Source of the DNA: Patescibacteria group bacterium
GTDB taxonomy: Bacteria; Patescibacteriota; Minisyncoccia; UBA6257; 1-14-0-10-40-38
Length of the DNA stretch: 46,155 nt
Assembly (NCBI GenBank): GCA_038063175.1
Contig: JBBTVP010000007.1
Coordinates: 1-46,155 of the forward strand
Reading direction: 5' to 3'
Made by a program: the position numbers and the translations under genes. The notes under the pieces are model-generated. The model saw only the letters and a program-made list of their open reading frames with translations, searched no databases and was not told the origin of the DNA. Shown here one piece after another: positions 1 to 8,691 of the stretch; within the stretch, counting starts at the first letter, position 1, and each line of letters begins with the position of its first letter.

Positions 1-2
1 TG

Positions 3-1007
3 AAACGTATTTCGAAACGGGAGTTCGCTCATGAGTATGGGGATATTATTTCGGTTGAGAATCTATTATTAGCATGGCAGGAGTTTGTTTGTGGTAAACG
101 GAAAAAGCATGATGTTCAGGAATTCTCTTTCCGTTTAATGGATAACATCCTAGCAATACATGAAGATTTAGCGCAACAGCGATATAAGCATGGAGGTTAT
201 TACGCGTTTAAGATTTCCGATCCTAAGCCGCGCCAAATTCATAAGGCTAGTGTGCGAGATCGTTTAGTGCACCATGCAATTTACCGAATTTTATACCCAC
301 GTTTCGATAAATTATTCATTGCCGATTCCTACTCATGCCGACTCGGAAAGGGGACGCATAAAGCGTTACGAAGATTCAAATATTTTTCGAATATCGCAAG
401 TAAAAATAACACTCGTACCGTGTGGGTTCTAAAATGTGATATCAAAAAGTTTTTCGCAAACATCGATCATGAAATTCTATTTTCTTTGCTGGAGAAACGG
501 ATTCAGGACAAGAATATTATTGATTTGCTGAAAAACATTGTTTCCAGCTTTTCCGTGAAGCCTAGCGTTGGTCTCCCGCTCGGGAATCTTACGAGTCAGC
601 TTCTCGTAAATATCTACATGAATGAGTTTGACCAGTTTGCAAAGCACACCTTGAAAGCAAGGCACTATCTTCGCTATGCAGATGACTTCGTGTTTCTTTC
701 TGATGATCGAAGCTGGATAGAAAGTTTAATCCCTCGGATCCAAGAATTTCTCACCATGCGCTTACGGCTTACATTGCATCCCGATAAACTTTTTATCAAA
801 ACCGTTGCTTCCGGAGTGGATTTCCTAGGTTGGGTGCATTTCCCGGATCACCGCGTCCTTCGAACGGCCACTAAAAGGCGGATGTTTCGCGGTCTCCGGA
901 AGACTAAAGGTAAAAACGCAACGATACAGTCATATCTCGGCCTTATGAGCCATGGGAATACTAAAAAGCTGCAAAGTGAAATTGAGAAACTCCAAATGGA
1001 ATCGTAG
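3..1007 (+). CDS. Reverse transcriptase, diversity-generating retroelement (DGR) type; 5' end runs off the window
   Basis: Frame 3 is open from nt 3 (KRISKREFAHEYGDIISVENLLLAWQEF...), so the ORF-track Met at 138 is internal. RT motifs: SYSCRLGKGTHKA, LPLGNLTSQLLVNIY (the [ILV]GxxxSQ signature of DGR RTs, versus QGxxxSP in group II introns) and YADDFVF. Length and order are co-linear with Bordetella phage Brt as I recall it. Confidence 0.8.
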   Translation, partial: KRISKREFAHEYGDIISVENLLLAWQEFVCGKRKKHDVQEFSFRLMDNILAIHEDLAQQRYKHGGYYAFKISDPKPRQIHKASVRDRLVHHAIYRILYPRFDKLFIADSYSCRLGKGTHKALRRFKYFSNIASKNNTRTVWVLKCDIKKFFANIDHEILFSLLEKRIQDKNIIDLLKNIVSSFSVKPSVGLPLGNLTSQLLVNIYMNEFDQFAKHTLKARHYLRYADDFVFLSDDRSWIESLIPRIQEFLTMRLRLTLHPDKLFIKTVASGVDFLGWVHFPDHRVLRTATKRRMFRGLRKTKGKNATIQSYLGLMSHGNTKKLQSEIEKLQMES

Positions 1008-1012
1008 AAATA

Positions 1013-2098
1013 TTATTTGTCCTTCACTAATTTCACGAAATCTTCTTCTCGTTCGTATCCATGTAGTCGTCCTTCGAGCATTCCTAATCGGTAACTTACC
1101 CCGTCCGTCATAAGTCTCCAGTTCGTTTCTTTAAGGGTTTTTCTGAGGAGTTTTTCGAGTTCGTAGGTACTCGCACGATCTTCTCGATCAGGGCGCTGCT
1201 CATAAACTACGAAAGGGACCACTACGTCCTTCGTGATTTCCGGAGTCTTGAACTGCAATTTTATATACCCTTCCTTTTCAAGTACAGGTGCGAGCAGTTG
1301 CTCTAACTCAATAATTTTCAATTTCTTTAGCTTGGCGACCTTGTCATAGAGTTCTTTGTTCTTATCTTTTTCCTTTAGTTCATCCATCATCTTACTGACC
1401 TGCTCCAAGTTGTATTTTTGCTGTATGAATTCTTGACCCTCCTTTTCTGAAAGGCAGAATCGGGCGCGATCTTTTGCGTAGTCGGGATCGGGTTTGGATT
1501 CCTCATGGACTGTTCGTTTTATTTCACTCGTATCGGTGTAGTCGCATTTCGGGCAAGTGACGTTCGTAATGAATGCGGCATCCGTTACCGTATCTTCTTC
1601 GTTGACGGGAGTTTTGCACTTCGGGCAGCGTGGGGGATCATGTCTGAATTCTTCTCCGTTTTCATAGAACGCCCGGTGAGGGATGTGGCCCAGTGGGCAG
1701 TCATAGAAAAAGAGGATGGTATCCGGTTTCTTATCCCAGCCCATATTCAAATGCTTTGAGCTTACGAACGTGAGTCGCCCGCAGGTAAGGCAGGTAATGT
1801 TTTCCGGAGCCTTTGCCGCTTCAAAGAACTTGTCCCGCGCCTCGTCCTCCCGCATCCATTCCCGAATTGTTTCTTCTTTTTTGATATATCGCTCACCGGT
1901 ATAGAAATAGTTGTGGAGATGGTTTATGTAGGCGAGTGCCTGTTTCTCCTCTTTTTCGCTCAGTTTCTTCTCATTAGGATCTTTGGCGAGAGATTTCGTG
2001 TCTATGGAATGGGAAAGCCACCATCGACATTTCTCGACGGTGTAGCGGTCGTAGCGATCGATATACTCCTGTTTGGGACGCAAATACTTCTCATTCAT
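1013..2098 (-). CDS. Hypothetical protein with several CxxC zinc-ribbon motifs
   Basis: Clean 361-aa ORF. Cys pairs: CLTCGR, CPLGH, CPKCKTP, CPKCDY. The C-terminal half is coiled-coil-like and K/E-rich. Convergent with the RT, 5 nt apart. No family recognised. Confidence 0.6.
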   Translation of the reverse strand: MNEKYLRPKQEYIDRYDRYTVEKCRWWLSHSIDTKSLAKDPNEKKLSEKEEKQALAYINHLHNYFYTGERYIKKEETIREWMREDEARDKFFEAAKAPENITCLTCGRLTFVSSKHLNMGWDKKPDTILFFYDCPLGHIPHRAFYENGEEFRHDPPRCPKCKTPVNEEDTVTDAAFITNVTCPKCDYTDTSEIKRTVHEESKPDPDYAKDRARFCLSEKEGQEFIQQKYNLEQVSKMMDELKEKDKNKELYDKVAKLKKLKIIELEQLLAPVLEKEGYIKLQFKTPEITKDVVVPFVVYEQRPDREDRASTYELEKLLRKTLKETNWRLMTDGVSYRLGMLEGRLHGYEREEDFVKLVKDK

Positions 2099-2148
2099 AT
2101 AGCCATGTATTCTATAGCTTCTTTTCGGTTTATGACATAATAAATACT

Positions 2149-2286
2149 ATGGAAAGCGAAGAGAAAGTCAGTCCTCCCGATCTTAAGCAGACATTCTCCG
2201 TTGCGGAGTATATTGAGTTTTTAAACGTCTTTTTCAAGAAACAAGAAGCTCGTGTTATTGGCGAGGTTTCCACTTGTAGAATTTAG
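2149..2286 (+). pseudogene. xseA: N-terminal fragment of exodeoxyribonuclease VII large subunit, ended by an in-frame TAG (2284-2286)
   Basis: The ATG at 2149 is in the same frame as the 2299 ORF. It reads MESEEKVSPPDLKQTFSVAEYIEFLNVFFKKQEARVIGEVSTCRI*. With the downstream PSGHVYFTVKD this reproduces the XseA OB-fold motif GE[IV]S-x6-SGHxYFxLKD with no gap. Confidence 0.65.
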
Positions 2287-2298
2287 CCATCAGGGCAT

Positions 2299-3279
2299 GT
2301 GTATTTCACGGTAAAAGATAAAAGCGGGACCGGAGTGCTCGACTGCATTATGTGGAAGAGTACCTATACTTTGTGCGGGATAAAGCTGGAAGCGGGTATG
2401 GAGGTAATTATTTCGGGCCACCCGCAGGTATACCCAGAAAATGGAAAGTTTTCAATTATCGTGGATACGATCGAGCTTGTGGGCGAAGGTGCTCTGAAGA
2501 AGGCGTACGATGCACTACAGAAAAAGCTTGCCGCAGAAGGACTCTTTGATGTTTCTCGGAAACGAAAGATTCCGGAACTAGTTCACAGGATTGGAGTTAT
2601 CACTTCAAGCGAAGGGGCGGTGCTTAGCGATTTCAGAAATAATTTAGGGAAATTCGGCTTTAAAATCTCACTCGCTAATTCCCGGGTTGAAGGACAAGCA
2701 GCCTTAAAAGATCTCCACGCGGCCTTCCAGGTCATGAAGAAACAGAATATTCAGGTGTTAGTTGTCATTCGTGGTGGGGGATCGCTTGAGTCACTACAGG
2801 CATTCAATAATGAAATGCTAGTGCGCGAGGTAGTGAATTTTCCCGTTCCAGTCATCGCAGGCATTGGGCACGACAAAGACGTGCCACTTTTTGCACTTGC
2901 CGCTGACTGTATGACTTCAACCCCAACTGCTGCAGCTCATGTATTAAATCAGTCTTGGGAAGAAGCGTATGCGAAGCTTCATCAATTCACATATCTTTTC
3001 GCGCGTATGACTAAAGAGTTTGGTCGCATTCGTGCAGACCTGGATACTTCCGGGAGTTCGATGATAGACCACACTGAAGCACGAATAAAAAGCTTGAAGG
3101 AACGGATGGCTTTTGCAGCGCAATCTATAAGGCTCAATGATCCGACTAGGCAGTTGAAACTCGGTTATTCAATCGTGCGGCAAAGTGGTAAAATTGTTAA
3201 AAGTATTCAGGACGCAAAACCAGGAAGTAAGTTAGACACGCAAGTAGGAGATGGGACCATACAATCGATCGTAGAATAA
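2299..3279 (+). CDS. xseA: Exodeoxyribonuclease VII large subunit (main body; GTG start in the ORF track, N-terminus separated by a TAG)
   Basis: VYFTVKDKSG..., IGVITSSEGAVLSDF, VIRGGGSLESLQAFNNE, AGIGHDKD and TPTAAA match XseA landmarks. xseB follows directly. Confidence 0.85.
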   Translation: MYFTVKDKSGTGVLDCIMWKSTYTLCGIKLEAGMEVIISGHPQVYPENGKFSIIVDTIELVGEGALKKAYDALQKKLAAEGLFDVSRKRKIPELVHRIGVITSSEGAVLSDFRNNLGKFGFKISLANSRVEGQAALKDLHAAFQVMKKQNIQVLVVIRGGGSLESLQAFNNEMLVREVVNFPVPVIAGIGHDKDVPLFALAADCMTSTPTAAAHVLNQSWEEAYAKLHQFTYLFARMTKEFGRIRADLDTSGSSMIDHTEARIKSLKERMAFAAQSIRLNDPTRQLKLGYSIVRQSGKIVKSIQDAKPGSKLDTQVGDGTIQSIVE

Positions 3280-3284
3280 ATATC

Positions 3285-3491
3285 ATGCCCAAAAAAGAAA
3301 CAAGCGAATTTAAGCATCACCTTGAGGAAATTGCCCGAATTCTCGAGTGGTTTGATGCTCAAGAAGAACTAGACGTGGAACAGGCTCTCGAAAAAATTAA
3401 AAGCGCTGCAGAGCTTATTAAGGCCAGTAAAAAGAGATTAGTTGAAATCGAGAACCAGTTTGAAGAGATTAAAAAAGAAATAGATGAGTAA
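3285..3491 (+). CDS. xseB: Exodeoxyribonuclease VII small subunit
   Basis: 68 aa. MPKKETSEFKHHLEEIARILEWF... is helical and acidic. It lies 6 nt after xseA, the canonical position and size. Confidence 0.8.
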   Translation: MPKKETSEFKHHLEEIARILEWFDAQEELDVEQALEKIKSAAELIKASKKRLVEIENQFEEIKKEIDE

Positions 3492-4308
3492 CGAAATCAA
3501 AGAAGTCTCCCTGATTGCATCCATGCGCCTTCTTTCAGAGGCAGCAGCTGCAACGCAACGGCGCATGGTCGAAATGTCGGATATAATGATCGCGCCATTT
3601 CAGCGCTTCCAAAAGAATATGGAGCCTATTACGAAAGCAATCAACGAAATGCGGGGAATTCTTTTATCTGGATCGAATACATCTTATTTTCAAAATTCGA
3701 TGATTGAGAAAGATGTTTTTGTCATAGCTCCTCCGCCGAGGCGCGCCTCCACCGAAGAGATCGTTGATGTCGTGATGAGAAGAATAGAACTTGAGCATAA
3801 AGCTGATTTGCGGCAAATCAAAATAGAAAAATCAATTGCAATTCCTGATGGTGTTCGATGGGATGACATTCGAATAGACTTAAAAGACAACAGGTCAGCC
3901 GACATTTTTTGTAAAAAGGAATTGATTGGGACCTACGATTATGAACTCCTCGGACTTGTTCGTAGGAACACTTCTGCAAAAATTCCTAACCAGCAAAGCG
4001 AATTTCTCAAACAACTCGCCTTCGCTTCTATGTCTGAAAATTTATTTAAACCAACGGTCCAAAATATCGCTCAAGAAATGAAGATTAAGTCGAACGATTG
4101 CCACCAGATCAAGAGAAGTCTCTCTAAAAAATTAAAAACCGTATTTGGTATACCTAAAAATCCTTTCCATCGATATGATCCGATAGAGGGCTATCGTCCT
4201 CGTTTTGAACTCAGGCCGCCACCGCTCTTACGCAGCAAAGGAGAACTCTACTCCTCAGGAGGTAGTCTCTACGCCGAGACCATAGATTATACCGACACCG
4301 AAGAATAG
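3484..4308 (+). CDS. Hypothetical protein, translationally coupled to xseB
   Basis: 274-aa ORF. Its ATG overlaps the xseB stop (ATGAGTAA). A strong terminator follows. No recognisable domain. Confidence 0.6.
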   Translation: MSNEIKEVSLIASMRLLSEAAAATQRRMVEMSDIMIAPFQRFQKNMEPITKAINEMRGILLSGSNTSYFQNSMIEKDVFVIAPPPRRASTEEIVDVVMRRIELEHKADLRQIKIEKSIAIPDGVRWDDIRIDLKDNRSADIFCKKELIGTYDYELLGLVRRNTSAKIPNQQSEFLKQLAFASMSENLFKPTVQNIAQEMKIKSNDCHQIKRSLSKKLKTVFGIPKNPFHRYDPIEGYRPRFELRPPPLLRSKGELYSSGGSLYAETIDYTDTEE

Positions 4309-4309
4309 G

Positions 4310-4344
4310 CACCCGCTGAAAACTCAGCGGGTGTTTTTGTTTTT
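4310..4344 (+). terminator. Rho-independent terminator
   Basis: Perfect 10-bp stem cacccgctga (4310-4319) / tcagcgggtg (4324-4333), loop aaac, then tttttgttttt. Confidence 0.85.
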
Positions 4345-4429
4345 AGCGCACTGATTTCGCGTCTTTTTTCATTGCTGACTGAAATTTAAGTAGATATACC
4401 TAAGAAGTTAGTTAAAAAAATCATTTAAA

Positions 4430-5716
4430 ATGCCGAATAAAAAACTGGTGTGGCATACAGAAAAAAGAAAGGTCAATGACCTTATTCCGTTTGAGAAAAA
4501 CCCAAGAACGCTAAGCGATAAGCAGCTAAGAGATTTAAAAAAAAGCCTACAGGCCTTCAACCTTGTTGAAATACCGGCTATAGGGCGTGACAACCAGATA
4601 CTCGCCGGACATCAGAGAGTAAAGGTACTGCAAATCCTTGGGAGAGGAGAAGAAGAGATCGACGTTAGGGTGCCAAATAGAATACTCACAGAAGAAGAGG
4701 CAGAAAAGTATCTGATTTCGAGTAATGCCTTGGGCGGGGACTGGGATTTTGAAAAATTGAAATCCTTTGATCTTGATCTACTTACCGATATCGGTTTCGA
4801 CAAGGCGGAGCTTGAAGACATTTGGGCTGAAAATCTAGAAGTAGAAGAAGATTACTTCGACGAAAAAGCTGAGTTGGAAAAAATAGGTAAACCGAAAACA
4901 AAGCTGGGTGACATTATCGCTCTCGGAAAGCATAAAATTATTTGTGGCGATGCCACGGATCCTGCCGTACTAAAAAAATTGTTCGGTAAGGAAAAGGCAT
5001 CAATGATTTATTCGGATCCAGTTTATAACCTGAAGATAGATTACAACACTGGAATCGGCGGGAAGCAGCGCTATGGTGGGAACGTCAATGACAACCGTAG
5101 CGAGTCGGAATATAAAGAGTTTCTCAAGAAGAGTCTCATAAATGCTCTCTCGGTCACAAAAAATGACGCGCATGTCTTCTACTGGAGCGATCAAATTCAT
5201 ATCGGCACCCTTCAGGATTTGTATCGCGAATTAGGGATAGAAAATAAGCGAGTTTGCCTCTGGCTTAAAAACGCGCAGAACCCGACTCCCGGTGTAGCGT
5301 TCTCAAAATGTTACGAGCCGTGTACCTACGGAATTCGTGGAAGGCCCTATATTAGTAAAAATCTCCAAAACCTCAACGAGGTTTTGAACAAGGAAATCAC
5401 AACGGGCAACAATCTGATCCAGGAAACGTTGGACCACTTGGACGTATGGATGGTTAAACGACTATCGACTAAGGACTACGAACACGCAACCTCAAAGCCT
5501 CCAAAACTCCACGAGAAAGCGATCCGCCGTTGCACGCGCCCGGGAGACATCATCCTGGATAGTTTCTCGGGGTCGGGGAGCACCATGATCGCCGCAGAGC
5601 AACTCAGGCGGCGGGTATACGCGGTTGAGCTTGAGCCAGCGTTCTGCGACCTGGTAATACGGCGATACGAAAAACTTACTGCCAGGAAAGCTTGGATAAT
5701 TTCGCACGGACCATGA
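4430..5716 (+). CDS. ParB-like nuclease domain fused to an N6-adenine/N4-cytosine DNA methyltransferase (orphan, phage-type)
   Basis: N-terminal ParB-N motifs (LIPFEKNPRTLS, ILAGHQRV). MTase motif IV variant SDPVYN. AdoMet motif DSFSGSGST near the C-terminus (beta-class order). No restriction gene adjacent. Confidence 0.8.
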   Translation: MPNKKLVWHTEKRKVNDLIPFEKNPRTLSDKQLRDLKKSLQAFNLVEIPAIGRDNQILAGHQRVKVLQILGRGEEEIDVRVPNRILTEEEAEKYLISSNALGGDWDFEKLKSFDLDLLTDIGFDKAELEDIWAENLEVEEDYFDEKAELEKIGKPKTKLGDIIALGKHKIICGDATDPAVLKKLFGKEKASMIYSDPVYNLKIDYNTGIGGKQRYGGNVNDNRSESEYKEFLKKSLINALSVTKNDAHVFYWSDQIHIGTLQDLYRELGIENKRVCLWLKNAQNPTPGVAFSKCYEPCTYGIRGRPYISKNLQNLNEVLNKEITTGNNLIQETLDHLDVWMVKRLSTKDYEHATSKPPKLHEKAIRRCTRPGDIILDSFSGSGSTMIAAEQLRRRVYAVELEPAFCDLVIRRYEKLTARKAWIISHGP

Positions 5717-6138
5717 AGAAAAATAAAGTCAGGGATGCCTTCTTAGAACAGTTAAGAAAAATACCAATTATTCAGGTCTGCTGCGAGAAGGTCGGTATCT
5801 CTCGCAATAGTGTATACCGCTGGCGTGGTGAAGATAAAGAATTTCAAGAGCAAATGGACGCCGCCTTGGTTGAAGGCGAAACGTTGGTCAACGAAATGTC
5901 GGAAAGTCAGGTGCTTAGCCTTATCCGCGAGAAGAATTGGCAAGCCATATCTTTTTGGTTAAAGCACCGAAATCCAAAATTCCGTGACCGTGTAGAGGTG
6001 ACGGCAAAAGTAGAAACAAGTCATGTCCTTACTTCTGAGCAGGAGGCATTGATTGAGGAGGCGCTTAAACGAGCGGCTCTTCCCCTCATTGAACCATTAG
6101 AAATAAAACAAAACGACCATGGAAAACCCAAGCAATAA
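5713..6138 (+). CDS. Phage terminase small subunit-like HTH protein
   Basis: MKKNKVRDAFLEQLRKIPIIQVCCEKVGISRNSVYRWRGEDKEFQEQ is a helix-turn-helix of the kind found in small terminases. The ATG at 5713 overlaps the methylase stop (ATGA). The ORF-track start at 5692 is a TTG. The gene lies directly upstream of the large terminase. Confidence 0.6.
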   Translation: MKKNKVRDAFLEQLRKIPIIQVCCEKVGISRNSVYRWRGEDKEFQEQMDAALVEGETLVNEMSESQVLSLIREKNWQAISFWLKHRNPKFRDRVEVTAKVETSHVLTSEQEALIEEALKRAALPLIEPLEIKQNDHGKPKQ

Positions 6139-7591
6139 TTTAGAAATAGATCCCGAGGACCCCTTCTGGAAAAAGGTTATTAGCGATCAAGAAGTTAGGC
6201 GAGCAGTCGTAAGGAAAAATCACCTATTATTTTTCAATGTATATTTTCCCCACTACGTGAAATCTAAAACCGCACCGTTCCAAAAAGAATTTTTCTCGAT
6301 TACCGAGGACGATGCGGTGGAATTAGCCGTGATTGAGGCTTTTCGAGGATCTTCAAAATCAACCATTATGGCCATGTCGTACCCGATTTGGGCCATTCTC
6401 GGGCGTCCGCAAAAGAAATTTGTAGTCCTGTTCGCTCAAACACAAAACCAAATTAAAATTCACCTTGCAAATATAAAGCGAGAGCTTGAATTCAATGAAC
6501 TCCTGAAAGCGGATTTGGGTCCATTCCAAGAGCAGAATGACGAATGGCGATCGGTCACGCTCGTTATTCCTAAATACGATGCCCGAATTATGATCGCATC
6601 ACTTGAGCAGCAGGTACGCGGACTGCGTCATGGAGCGCACCGTCCAGACCTGATTATTTGTGATGATTTGGAAGATTTAGATTCGGTTAAAAGTCGAGAC
6701 AATCGGAATAAAGTATACGATTGGTTCAAAAAAGACATCGTACCGCTTGGAAATCCCCAAACAAAAATCCTTGTGATTGGTACCAGGTTCCATGAAGATT
6801 CTCTAATTATGCGTTTGCGAAGGGAGATTTTGGAGGGCAAAACTTCAGGCATAACCCGTTCCTATCCACTCCTGGATAAAGAGGGAAATATCGCATGGCC
6901 GGGGGAATTTCCCAATCAGGAGGCAATAGAAAAGCTCAAAAAGAAAGTTGGCGACGAGCGTGCATGGAGGCAGGAGTTTCTATTGGAGATTGTCGGCGAT
7001 CTTGATCAAATCATCGAGCCGGTCTGGATAGAGCGCTACACCTGCTTTCCTCATCCCGATAATTATCTCTTAACCATCATCTCCATAGATCCTGCATTTC
7101 GGGAAACAGAAAGATCTGACTATAGCGCGGTTATAGCGGCCAAGGTCTATGTAATCAACGACAAACCGTATGTCTATATCCTGCCAGAGGTAATTAATGA
7201 GCGTCTTAAGACACCAGACTTGATTGATCGGATCAAATTACTCATTAAATCTATCCTGGCGCAGGGAGCTCACGGTGCATACCTGGTTATTGAAGCGGTG
7301 GGTGGACAGATAGGAATTGGGCAGCAGTTTGAGCGGCTGGGAATGAACGTCCGTGAATTCAATCCCGGTCGGATGGATAAACGAACACGATTATCGATCG
7401 TATCTCCGATGGTTCGTGATGGGCAGGTATTCTTTCCTGAAAAAGGAACTGAGGAACTTGAAAATCAGATCATTAACTTCGGCGTCGAAGCGCATGATGA
7501 TATGGCCGACGCATTCTCAATGCTCCTCATAGAGATACTCGAGAGATATAGCTCATTTCCGAGAGTTACCGCAGGCAGTTCGGATGAATAA
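6119..7591 (+). CDS. Phage terminase large subunit
   Basis: Walker A-like FRGSSKST and Walker B DLIICDDLED. C-terminal RNase H-like nuclease acidic residues (IISIDPA, HDDMADAF). 490 aa, typical size. Confidence 0.8.
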   Translation: MENPSNNLEIDPEDPFWKKVISDQEVRRAVVRKNHLLFFNVYFPHYVKSKTAPFQKEFFSITEDDAVELAVIEAFRGSSKSTIMAMSYPIWAILGRPQKKFVVLFAQTQNQIKIHLANIKRELEFNELLKADLGPFQEQNDEWRSVTLVIPKYDARIMIASLEQQVRGLRHGAHRPDLIICDDLEDLDSVKSRDNRNKVYDWFKKDIVPLGNPQTKILVIGTRFHEDSLIMRLRREILEGKTSGITRSYPLLDKEGNIAWPGEFPNQEAIEKLKKKVGDERAWRQEFLLEIVGDLDQIIEPVWIERYTCFPHPDNYLLTIISIDPAFRETERSDYSAVIAAKVYVINDKPYVYILPEVINERLKTPDLIDRIKLLIKSILAQGAHGAYLVIEAVGGQIGIGQQFERLGMNVREFNPGRMDKRTRLSIVSPMVRDGQVFFPEKGTEELENQIINFGVEAHDDMADAFSMLLIEILERYSSFPRVTAGSSDE

Positions 7592-7593
7592 GA

Positions 7594-8673
7594 CTACTTA
7601 CACGTCTCGTGCAGTATTCTATCCGAGTACGACTGAAGCAACGCCTCTGCACTCAGAAACGACTTCAGGTATTTTGGTGACAACCCCTTCCAACCGTCGT
7701 CGGTATCGCAGTAGTAGAACTTGGCGCTGTAGTAGGAGCTTGTATAAAAGGTATGCCCTCCTGGCTGCGCCGCTGGAGGCGGCGGATTCGAACTCTCTTC
7801 TATACACGCATCGTCTGCCCAGAGGCCGAGCTTTGCCGCTCTCGCCTCGGCCTCTGCGGCTTTGAATTCCTCCTGATATTTGTATGGGACCTTGTAGGTG
7901 TACTCCGAGGCATAACCATCTGCGATCATCTGCTTATTAAAAAATGTTCCATCTTCAAGCCAGGCGTATCGAAGAAGCCGTCCGTATTTATCACGATCTC
8001 CTTGGGTAGGGTCGGATTCAAGTTTTATATTTTTACTCGTAAGTAGGGCCTTAGATCTATTCGAAGCTTCTTTCCCAAAACATTGGACTGGCTTTCTTGG
8101 GTCAACCGTTTCAGGTGTATCGATGCCGATTGCGCGAACCGTTTCAATAGTTCCATTAATGTTTACCTTGAAGGTATCGCCATCGGTAACAGAGACTACT
8201 GGATAGTAAATAATTTGCGGAGATGGTTTAGACGCTGGTGGCGGAGTTGCTGGCTTTGGCGCGGGTGCTGGCGCTATGGGCTTCACTGCTGGCTGCGGCG
8301 GAGGAGCGACTTGATTACTTATTCCTTGAGGAGCCGGTGGCACAACCGTATTCGTTGCCTGAACATTTTCATTTATCTGATTGACTACCTCAGCTGTCGG
8401 CTTAATCGCTCCAACAATAGGAGCGGCGATCACAAGAATGAGTACGATGATAAATTTCAGTGGTCCGGAGATCGCAAAATTCCATTTCTTTTTTGCGAAC
8501 GCATTCGCGGGTGGCAGGAGAATTAATGCAGCAACGATAAAGAGTGCTCCGGTGACAAAGGAGGTGAATATTACGACAAATCCGATGAGCCAGAACACCA
8601 GCGCAAAGATCCAACTTACGACCAAGCGGAGCGTCATTCTCTTCGGTTCAGTATTGTCATTTTGTTCAGTCAT
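7594..8673 (-). CDS. Membrane-anchored thermonuclease (Staphylococcal nuclease/SNase homolog)
   Basis: N-terminal TM helices and a Pro-rich linker. SNase core: VTDGDTFKV...IGIDTPET...FGKEAS...DKYGRLLRY...GLW. A C-terminal Cys-containing module follows (FYYCDTDDGW...HETC). Confidence 0.8.
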   Translation of the reverse strand: MTEQNDNTEPKRMTLRLVVSWIFALVFWLIGFVVIFTSFVTGALFIVAALILLPPANAFAKKKWNFAISGPLKFIIVLILVIAAPIVGAIKPTAEVVNQINENVQATNTVVPPAPQGISNQVAPPPQPAVKPIAPAPAPKPATPPPASKPSPQIIYYPVVSVTDGDTFKVNINGTIETVRAIGIDTPETVDPRKPVQCFGKEASNRSKALLTSKNIKLESDPTQGDRDKYGRLLRYAWLEDGTFFNKQMIADGYASEYTYKVPYKYQEEFKAAEAEARAAKLGLWADDACIEESSNPPPPAAQPGGHTFYTSSYYSAKFYYCDTDDGWKGLSPKYLKSFLSAEALLQSYSDRILHETCK

Positions 8674-8691
8674 ATTTTTCTGTTGAGATAT

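Noticed and set aside
1013-2098. The zinc-ribbon ORF as the DGR variable-protein target.
   Set aside because: Its C-terminus, next to the RT, has no C-type-lectin-like VR pattern. I could find no near-repeat of its 3' end elsewhere in the window.
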